Of a DNA stretch of 64,000 nucleotides, positions 53,721-63,521 are shown in pieces. Source of the DNA: Neoechinorhynchus agilis (lineage: Eukaryota > Animalia > Acanthocephala); contig CM121343.1 of the NCBI GenBank assembly GCA_051530055.1, forward strand, positions 3,132,389-3,196,388. Reading direction: 5' to 3'. The notes below the pieces were generated by a model. It searched no databases and was not told where the DNA came from. It saw nothing but the letters and a program-made list of their open reading frames with translations. The translations under genes and the position numbers were made by a program. Positions within the stretch are counted from its first letter, which is position 1. Each line of letters opens with the position of its first letter.

Positions 53721-54391
53721 ATAAAAAAGTTAGCAACTGGCCAGTCTTCTAAAAAAATACAAAATTTAATCTAAAATGACAAATAACAAGAGAGGGAAAT
53801 CACGATTTTATCTAAGATATTGGGCGAAATGACGTATTTTCTGATTTTTCTTCCGTGCTTCAAGAGCGTCCGAATGATTTAATCGATTTGCGTATAAAAG
53901 AAATTGATTGGACACCGGAGACTGCCTTTATCGATCGGTAAGTCGACAATATGTAGAGTCTAGACCTTCAAAATGTACATTTGACGATTATATCAGCTGT
54001 TGGGATCTTGTTCATTTAGAAACGTCCATTTATCGACAAATTTCGAATTTAGTGATTTTTCACACTTAACCATTAGGATAACGTTCCCGAGAAAGATCGT
54101 GAGAATTCTTCCAGTCAACACCCACGGAAATGTTATTAATGTGGCTCATAGTGTATTTGGGTGTCACTACAAATATCCGTGTTCTTTTTATGAGCCAATA
54201 AGTCCTCGGATTTGCGATTTGTAAGTATGAATTTGAGAATATTGAGCCTATGAATCACCAATAATTTTTTAAATATTAATTGATTTTTTTGCACTAAACC
54301 GGTCGCTTATTTCGATGGTCTACTAATTTTTTTCTAATACACCGCTCTTTTTAAAAAAAGTTCAATTTTTTCGTCTTAATTTTAGATTTCG

Positions 54392-55401
54392 ATGCTTGGT
54401 GGCATTCGTATATTTTCTGGAAGTTCGAACGAGCGGATCGCATCTAGCATAGCAAAGCATTTATCATTGAACGTTAGCCAAGTAGTTCATGGGAAGTTCA
54501 GTAATCAGGAGACGTCGGTTGAAATTAAAGAGAGTGTTAGAAAGAATGATGTTTATCTTGTACACAGTACAGGGGCTCATGTGAATGATGACGTAATGGA
54601 ATTATTGGTAATGATCAATGCATGTAAAATGGCGTCCGCTGGCCGGGTTGTAGCGGTCTTAACATCTTACCCTTATGCTCGTCAGGATAAAAAGGATAAA
54701 AGTCGAGCACCCATCTCCGCGAAGTTATTAGCTAATATGATTACTCATTCTGGAGCTGATCATATCATCACAATGGATTTACATGCGTACCAAATCCAAG
54801 GTTTCTTTGATGTCCCCTGTGATAATTTAATAGCCGAACCAGTGGTTATTAAGTGGATCCGAGAAAATATTCCTGATTTTTATAACAGTGTTTTGGTGTC
54901 TCCGGATGCTGGCGGCGTAAAGAGAGTTGCTTCGATCGCGGATAAATTGAACGTAGAGTTCGCTATGATACACAAAGAACGAAAAAGGGCAAACCAAGTG
55001 GATAATATGATACTCGTTGGAGATTTCCGGGATAAAGTAGCTGTCATCGTGGATGATATGGCTGATACGTGTGGAACATTGTGTTTTGCCGCGGCTAAAA
55101 TATTAGAAGCTGGAGCTTCCACTGTTTACCGTGCAGTAAAAATCATATCATTGCCGATACTCGTTTGTGTGTGATTTTTTTGCCTTACGCTGTCTGTACA
55201 CACGGCATTTTCAGTGGAGGTGCTCTTGAGAGAATCATGAAATCTCCTATAGAAGCCGTCGCTGTTACTAATACCATCAATCAGGATGAAAATATGAAAC
55301 TATGCCCTAAATTAAAATTAATGGACGTCTCTATGATATTCGCTGAAGTGATTAGACGCACTCACTTTGCAGAAGCCGTCGAATGCTTATTTCACGAATA
55401 A
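54392..55401 (+). CDS. PRPS1: Ribose-phosphate pyrophosphokinase with one non-canonical 59-nt insert
   Basis: [51 protein letters not shown]. Confidence 0.95.
55126..55188 (+). other. Non-canonical hairpin insert in PRPS1 (59 nt, direct repeat TTAC)
   Basis: Stem GCAGTAAAAATCATAT/GTGTGATTTTTTTGC; no AG at the 3' end; removal gives GASTVYAVCTHG. Confidence 0.87.
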
Positions 55402-55643
55402 CTACCGTGATTGTGTCTTATGTCGTAGAAAAACTTTACTGTCAATTGGGATCTTGAGATTTATATAATATGGGTTCATGCTAACCATCAGAGTATTAAA
55501 TCATCAACACGATCCGCATTTCAGAAAATCGAATCTTTTTTATTCGAAAAAATCCTCTTTTTTTGACACTAGATAAATTTGCTTTTTGCGACTTCTTTTG
55601 GTCGAGTGTCCATTTTCAAAGAAAAAACGTAATCGTGCGGCTC

Positions 55644-56458
55644 TTACCATTGAATTCGTTGGTTCACTTTAAATTCAAATATCATGTGCCATTTTCTAGC
55701 CTTTTTTGCTATGGAGCTATAAAAGTATCCTGGCTCCAATAGTATTTTATTCCTAAATTGGTTTAAGAATGTCTAACGCAAGTAAGAAAATATGAAAGAC
55801 GAACTTAATTTGAGCATGGAAATGAAAGATGCAAACCACATCGATTTAATTGATCATTGCGTACGACGATTTAAGTACTTAGACATGGCATGAGAATACT
55901 CAAAGTCGTGTTTGAATTGAATGGAGTAGCAGAGGGCAGCCAGAGTTCCGGAAGTGAAAGTGATGAAATACGTAATCGGTTCCATAATATCCCAAGAATA
56001 CGTTTGCCAAATCAACTCAAACAAGAATCCAAACTGAAAGCCCATCATACTTAACCCGATCCACCTTATCCTGGACGCCTTTAGAGCAGCCAATTTGGCC
56101 ATGTTTTCATAGGCTGTATCGTGAACGATATAAGGTTTGTGTGTTTCAAAACGTTCTCTTAACATCGAACAATTCAAAAGCTGTTCCAGTGATTTTTGTG
56201 AATTGTATAGTGTCTCAGCCGTCGTCAGATCGTCGTTACGTTTGACGATTCGCGTCTATAGAGTACTCCAATAACGCAATCGGAAAACATAGGTGGATGC
56301 TTTAAAATAATCTCTTTTTCATGCGCCGCTTTGAAATCTGCGATTTCATTGGTTCCAACTAAATACGCCTTCTTTTGGCCTCCGTCCAATCTAAGTTCGT
56401 GCAACCAAGACCCGTAAAATAGTCGCCGGCACGGATATCGAGCGAAAGCAAAGTTCAT
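55644..56458 (-). CDS. MCU: Mitochondrial calcium uniporter with two non-canonical inserts; start and end uncertain
   Basis: WIGL..GFQFG...TYSWDIMEPITYFITF (DIME motif); R-rich N-terminus MNFAFARYPCRR. Confidence 0.88.
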
Positions 56459-56759
56459 GCTGGTTAATGTAAGTCTATCTACAAAACAGATAAAATCAAG
56501 AAACATGAAAGAAATGAACGCGAAAAGGTGGATATTGTATCCATTTCGAATGTTTCAGTGTCTTAGGATAAATGAAATTCGATGCAATGAGTCTTTGGAT
56601 TGATCATTTTCAGTGCCACGACTTGTTATTCATCCATTTCAATGGGTTTTTATGCGATTCAAAATTGTTAATTGTTGTGGAGCCTTCCAATTCCATTTCA
56701 TTTGGTCGGACGCATAAAATGCTTTTATTACTCGCAGTTAGAGACGAGAACTTCGAAAG

Positions 56760-57480
56760 CCCATTCATTACTCCTCCAGGCCTGTCGCAGTTTCAGTCCA
56801 AACGCGTGGCAGATCCATTAACTAGATTCTTATTCTTTTCAATCGTCGGGAATCTCCTCTATCAGCCTATCCCTCACCAAGGGCTTACCTCAAGGTACTG
56901 TGCTGTCACCACTTCTTTTTAATATTTTCCTAAACAACCTCAAACCTCTCTCCTCTCACTCTGAACTTTTCTTATATGCTGACGATCTCACCCTCATCAG
57001 CCCACCTCTCCTTAACCTCTGAAGAAATCATACACATAAAAGATTTATGAACCAGTCACAAACTCCATCTCAATTTCTCTAAATGCTTCGAAATGATCCC
57101 CTCTCTCCCACAACCCCACATTCTCCCCTAAGTTTCTAAATGACATCCTACGAGTAACCTCCCTAAGAATTCTGGGTCTCGAATTTCAATCAAACTTGAA
57201 ATGGTACTCGCCCTTTACAACGCCTCCGCCATTTAAGAGTTCATTCGCGAGATCTCTCCAAATTTTACTACAGCTTCATTTTACCCTCCCTCACCTACGC
57301 TATCGGGTCTTTTTCAACCTATCCAAATCACCAATCCGTCGTCTTGAAACGTTTCATAAAAGAGCATCTAAAATTTGCACAGTTGATTTTCAATTTTAAA
57401 CAGCCTCTCAACCCTTGAACCACATTTTATTTTCCTTTTCACATGAGAACAACACTCGCAATTCCATTCATCCTTCTATA
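56760..57480 (+). mobile_element. Degenerate LINE 3' half (RT domains 4-7 and 3' UTR)
   Basis: GLPQG..LSPLLFNIFLN, tatgctgacgatctc (YADDL); same family as 9380-10330. Confidence 0.85.
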
Positions 57481-58177
57481 CCTCGCAAATAAAACGCCAC
57501 ATTCATATAATCTGGTCGAAATCGAGTGTATGCGCGCGGATCCAAAGGTACATGGGCCCTATTCTTTGTTAAATACTTGTGAGTCATTGAAATGGACATG
57601 TTCACTTTAAAGAAAATTAAATAGATCCATTAAGATTCCATTCGTTGCTTCTAAAACTAAGTGGCCTTCCAAAAACGCTTTTATTGCTCGCAGTTATAGA
57701 GACGAGAACTTGTTTTTATAGTTAGAATCGAGTACTTGTGAGTCATTTAAATGGGCATGTTCACTTTAAAGAAAATTAAAAAGATTCCTAAAGACTTCAT
57801 TCGTTGCTTATAAAAACTAATTTCGGTATGTGTTATTGGCATCGCCATATAAGAGACTCAAGGGAGGTGGCAATGTATATGTGGTGGATATGGAGTCGTG
57901 CTAACGAAGTTGTATCGATTGTTTTTTAGTGGTGGTGGTGGTGGCGGCGGTGGTGCCACCATGAAGCTTATATTACTTACGATGTTTTTGTTCTTGAAGT
58001 CACGAAACCAAATCCGGTACGCGTCTATACACGGGTTTCTCAAACACAAGTACTGGGTTCCCTCAGAGGATAGTGTGGTAGCTTTCAAAAAATTAAGGGT
58101 TTGTTTTGATTGCCGTTTTTTAATTCCCCAAAAGGTTTCCTAATAGAAAGACAAACTCTTCGATTGATTTATCTGCA

Positions 58178-59982
58178 ATGGTACCAACAAGAGCTCGAGC
58201 GCCTTTGCGATTCCACTCACCACAAGTGATCGCGACTGCGGTCAATAAAACCGGTAAGCATTTGACACCGCTTGTTATGAACGAAAACGGAAATTCCGCT
58301 GACGAATACTACGATGAATACGCCGATGAAATCGATTTTGCGAATGACCGAAGTATTGCATTGGTCAGCGGAGATAGTAATATTGCTGCTCAATCTAATA
58401 GTGTGAAGCTAGTAAGCAAGGTCCATGACAACATTTCTAAAATGAGCAAAAAACTATCGGGTATTTTCACACATACAATTTGTTTCGAATCGTACTGACC
58501 TTTGTGTATTTAGTGCCACCGTGGATTGGCCTTCTCATAGCATTTATCATTCTATTGATTATTCTTATAATCATTGCTTTATTATGTCGTCGGGCTATCC
58601 GAAAACTACTAAGAAAACGACCAACAACTGCAGCTGCAGCCGATAAACTGACTGCGGTCGGTAGTAGACTTTTTGGCTCCGGCATTTATGGAAAAGTATT
58701 CGTGGTGTTTGCTTGTTTTAAATATAATAATCGCATCTTACAGGACATGAGTGAATCTGCATCACTGATTTCTAACCTGGAGCGAAATGAAGCTGCTGCA
58801 TGTAGTTCTGGACGAACCAGTACTGCAAGCCATGCCTCCGATCATGATGAAGAACCACCTGAAATGAATAATCTTGGCCAATTGGAGTTTAGTGTGGAAT
58901 ATGACTTCAAAAATAACGATGTAAGTGACTTTTTTTTCGATCATCGATCATTTAACCACTCGCCAAAATTGAATAGCTCATCACGACAGTCATTCAAGCG
59001 TCGCATTTGCCCGCAATGGACCTCGGTGGAACGTCGGATCCGTATGTGAAGATTTATTTGATACCGGATAAAAAGAAGAAATTCGAAACTAAAGTCCATC
59101 GAAAGACGTTGAATCCCGTATTTAACGAAACGTTTACTTTCAAGGTAATGCGAACGGTTTAAACTTCTTCTTTTTCTAATTCCAGTTCTTTTTTAGGGCA
59201 TTCCGTATGGCGAAGTCACTGAGAAAAACTTGATTTTTGCGGTTTATGACTTTGATCGTTTCTCAAGGCATGATCAGATCGGCGAAGTAACTTTGCCCAT
59301 CAATAGCATAGACCTTGCAACTGTCACACATCTTACGAAGGATATACGATCGGTTGCCGGTGAAAAGGATTCGGTAGGCTAACATTGGATTGATTCATCA
59401 TCTAAATGAGAGTAATGAACTTATAAGGAACATAGATTAGGAGAGATTTGTTTTTCTCTTCGATATGTTCCCACTTCTGGGAAACTTACTGTTGTGGTTC
59501 TAGAAGCCAAAAATTTAAAGAAAATGGATGTTGGCGGTTTATCAGGTGAGTTTTTCTCTACTCAAATGAATTTGAATAAAAACAAACATCTATACATATA
59601 TAGATCCTTATGTTAAATTATCGCTTATGATGAATGGAAAGCGTTTGAAAAAGAAGAAAACGTCAATCAAAAAATTCACATTAAATCCATACTATAACGA
59701 GTCATTTACATTTGAAATTCCATTTGAGCAAATTCAGGCTAGTTTCATTAAGTGATGTTGTATCGATTGATCATCTAAAATGTTTAGAGGGTTCAACTAA
59801 TTCTCACGGTCATTGACTATGATCGCATTGGCACCAGTGAACCTATTGGCAAGGTTTCTTTGGGTTGTAGCGCTACTGGCACAGCTCTACGTCATTGGAG
59901 TGATATGTTGGCATCACCAAGAAGACCCATTGCCCAATGGCATAAGCTCACGTCAATGGAGGATCCTAATTCCGGACATTAA
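58178..59982 (+). CDS. SYT1: Synaptotagmin-1 (TM, C2A, C2B), 7 exons
   Basis: [58 protein letters not shown]; five GT-AG introns and one GC-AG intron, all in phase. Confidence 0.95.
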
Positions 59983-60746
59983 CGTTCTGAGTTCTTATAT
60001 TGCTTACACATCTTACAGATAATTTACGTTGCAGTAGAAGCAACACCACTGTGTAAGACAATAAACATAGCATCTTGTTGGCTTGATTAAATGGTATTCT
60101 CCTTTTTCATTAAACTGAGTTCTTGAAAACTTAAGGCGAAACGACAGCTCGAGAAATAAGATTTTAAATCCGTTCTTCTTAAATATATCATAATTTCACA
60201 ACACTGAATGCCTTGTTTTCCAATCATAGTGACAATCACATTAAGCTAAAACAATTAGAATCATTATATTGGCACATCGAAGAAGAAGAAATGTCGATGA
60301 ATAATGAAAACCACTTATAAGGAAGATTGAAATGTTCACCTGGACTGACCTTCAAATAAAGAGAAAAATGCGATTTTTCCGTCAAAATCAATCAGTGGAA
60401 AATTCGGGAATGGTAAAAGTTTGGCATTTATTCAGATTCACTATTGACGGTCTATAATAAATTTAAAATCCAATCTAATGCTCTAGAACAAATCGAATAA
60501 TTTCCGCCGCGTAAATCTCTAATAAGCAACTTCCTATTGAATAGATAACAGGCTATAAGCGTGGACTAGAGTATGATTTTGTTCAGGAAATTGGCTCTGA
60601 AATGATTTATTATATATCGTGCTCTATACTGGTTTAAATATTATTCAAATAGGTGGTGGTGGTGGTGGTGAAATAAGGCATTTTATCGACATCTTAAATA
60701 AAAAAACCTTAAAAGGCTAAACGAGTGATAAAGACTTTTGTCACAG

Positions 60747-61476
60747 ATGGAAACGAAACAATACTCGATAGATTATATACTCGGCACTCAATTACTTCAT
60801 AAAGATAAACATCATGGAGGTTAGCTAATCCAAATTTTAGTTCAAAAAAAAGTCGTTTTAAACTATAGAACATGAAAGACCGATAACAAAATTGATCAAG
60901 ACAAATAAGCTTATGAAACCATCACGAAGAAAGAGGACCACATTTACTACATTTCAACTACATGAACTTGAACGAGCATTTGCGGTTACCCATTACCCGG
61001 AAGTTCAATCAAGGGAAAAATTATCAAAGAAAATTGGAGTTCACGAAAACAAAATCCAGGTAAAAGGGAAAAAATGCTACAAAAAACCTCGTTCCTGTCG
61101 ACCAGTAGAACTTTAGCTGTAAACATTTCATTTACAGGTTTGGTTTCAAAATCGAAGAGCTAAAGATAAGCGCAAAATGCGAAATGAACCAACTATTGAT
61201 AAGAACATCGAGGACCCAGATTTCCCCATGAGGGCGTTCACAAAACAAGTTGGAGTCAAAGGGTCGCAACAATTAAAACTGGATTGGACGGCTTCAGAAC
61301 TTGGGTTTTCACCCGAATATCGAGATCCGGAAAAGAAATTCTGTGGAATCAGCGCACCGAACGATGATATTAGCCAATATGTCTTCTACAACGGCATCGG
61401 AGCTAATTCAATGAGATCGACAATTCGTGACAGGCAATACGAAAACGATGTACATTGTTGGGACGTGAACTCCTAA
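60747..61476 (+). CDS. PRD-class Q50 homeobox gene (Rx/Homeobrain-like) with octapeptide/eh1
   Basis: YSIDYILG; RRKRTTFTTFQLHELERAF...IQ|VWFQNRRAK; two GT-AG introns in phase. Confidence 0.88.
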
Positions 61477-62062
61477 ATGAAAAGATGAAACTTTTTAGTC
61501 AATCAATTCAATGTTGCGTAATATTCACGTCTTTGTTTGTTTTTCCCGTAAAGAATAGAAGAATAAAGAAGCAGTAATTTCTGATGTGTACTTGACGATA
61601 AGGCAATATTATTCAAAATTTTCAGCACCGAGAATCGTTGGGCCCAACTTCATCGTTAGGTATTTCATTTCGTTGCCATGGACACCAAAACGTGGTTTAA
61701 GCAACGGATCGGATTAAATACTAACCTTAGGCTACATTATTCAGTTTGCAAGAGTAGTCCATATTCATTCTCATATATCATCGACAGAGAAAATCCTTCG
61801 GATTCATCAAAGTAAAATTTTGGTGAACATATTCCCGGTAATAGCAAATTTGATTTTGATTTGAGATATTTCGAAGGAGGCAACCTCGCCTCTTCATCAG
61901 TCATCTAAAAATATGTCTTACCTATTCAGGTTTTAAGCTCGAGTGCGTGGGATAGGCCCAATAGATTAAAAAATTGAAACAAGAACGGTAAAGAAAAGGA
62001 GGAGGAACAAGGTTGATGGAGGGACACACACACTAATATAGATAAGTACAAAATCTAAGGAT

Positions 62063-62629
62063 TTACTTTCCTTTTTTCCCTTTTTTGGCCTTGTTAAACC
62101 ACCTATTCGCTCTTCTTTGTGCATCATTTTTAAGTTTTACCCTTTCTTTGTGTTCGGCATATCGTTTCCTAACGTATTTCATTTGTTTTTCGTCTTCTTT
62201 GAGCTCTTCAAGGAACGGTCTAAGGGGTTTCCTGGCTTGCCTTGTTGTTTCAAGTGTTCGAGGTTTTCCCACGATCCGTCCGATTTGGAAAAATTTTGGG
62301 ATGTCTTCGGAATCGTGTTTTTTGTAGAATTTCTTAGGATTGATAGCACGACCAAATCGTAGAATCTCTAACTCTGCTCGAGTTTCTTCACTTACATCGG
62401 TGACGGCCTTCATTCCAAACCATTCTGGTCCCTTGGTCAAAATCCGTTGATGCCTACGTTCACGAATCAATTGGCGTTTCGAAAGATCTGGTGCAACGAC
62501 TTGTTGTGCTAAATAATTCCCGTCGAGTCGAGTTGGAATTACAATGGAACCGGCATCAAGACAGTCCCTGGAAAAGGCAGCCAATGAGGAACAAGGTCGA
62601 CTAAGATCATAGCCGTCGTTTTTATTCAT
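62063..62629 (-). CDS. DNTTIP2: Fcf2/DNTTIP2 pre-rRNA processing protein
   Basis: TKGPEWFGM...ELEILR...PKKFYKK....PKFFQIGRIV is the Fcf2 domain. Confidence 0.85.
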   Translation of the reverse strand: MNKNDGYDLSRPCSSLAAFSRDCLDAGSIVIPTRLDGNYLAQQVVAPDLSKRQLIRERRHQRILTKGPEWFGMKAVTDVSEETRAELEILRFGRAINPKKFYKKHDSEDIPKFFQIGRIVGKPRTLETTRQARKPLRPFLEELKEDEKQMKYVRKRYAEHKERVKLKNDAQRRANRWFNKAKKGKKGK

Positions 62630-62889
62630 ATCTGAATAAGGAACATAAATGTGTTTCTTTTGGTGAGATAAAGGAAAACTACAATAGTGATAAGAAACAA
62701 TTCAGTTTTTAGTTAATCAAACTGAAAACTCTTTGAATGTTCACTCCCTTTCTGACTAGAAATGTTATCCTCGTTCATCTAATCTCGCTGGAAGTGTATT
62801 TGATATCTGCTCCATCAAAGTTAATCGCTGATTTGCTTTCTAAACAGCGATCGACATCAGTGAGCAATTTTGAAAACGTCAGCCCGTTT

Positions 62890-63000
62890 GGAATCCAAGG
62901 AAGACGACTGAGGCAAAGATGGCTGGAAGTCTTACACCAGGACCTCAAAGCTGCAAACCTGTACCCGGATATGGCATATGACAGAGGAAAATCGATAAGA
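62890..63000 (+). mobile_element. RTE 3' fragment
   Basis: GRRLRQRWLEVLHQDLK...AYDRGK. Confidence 0.6.
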
Positions 63001-63521
63001 GCCGACCAACAAGAATTTGTTAAAGATGTTCTACGAGTCTCGGGTCCCTGATATTTCATTTGTTCGATAACAGGTTTTCTCATTGATTAAAAGGATCGAC
63101 CTCGATGAAATAAATTAGAAAAAATTTAAATCCCTGGGATTGTGGCAAAACAGCCCTTCACGATTTTGATTGAGGATTTTCTATGTGGATGTAACAAAAC
63201 ATGGCACTTCTTCTGTACCATCACGTAATCCGCCACAATTCGATTAGTTTTTGTGGATAGATATCCGGTTAGTTGGTATGGACTATTTCCCCGGTCCCTC
63301 AAAAAAAACCAATCGCCTACGCGCAACGATCGAGTTGGTAGCATCAGACGAGATTATTTACACACACGCGCGTATCGCTCGTTCCCTATATGCGCCAAAC
63401 ATAATGCTTCCAACAAATATGACGTTTTCTCCTACTGCAAACTTCTTTGATTTCCCATTAGGACTGCTGAAGCGTCTTCTTGTTTAAAACCCTTCCCCTC
63501 TTTTATTTCTGTTAAGAAGAT

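Noticed and set aside
3743-55188. Stop-codon reassignment or simple sequencing frameshifts as the cause of the broken genes
   Set aside because: Homology requires removal of 50-281 nt, not readthrough or single-base indels; long ORFs end in standard stops.
55145-55188. U12 AT-AC intron in PRPS1 (ATATCATT...AC)
   Set aside because: Leaves five extra residues in a conserved strand and cuts through the hairpin; kept only as a fallback.
56633-56700. 9-nt repeat TGAAATGGA 59 nt apart upstream of MCU
   Set aside because: Removal gives no extended reading frame and pairing is weak.
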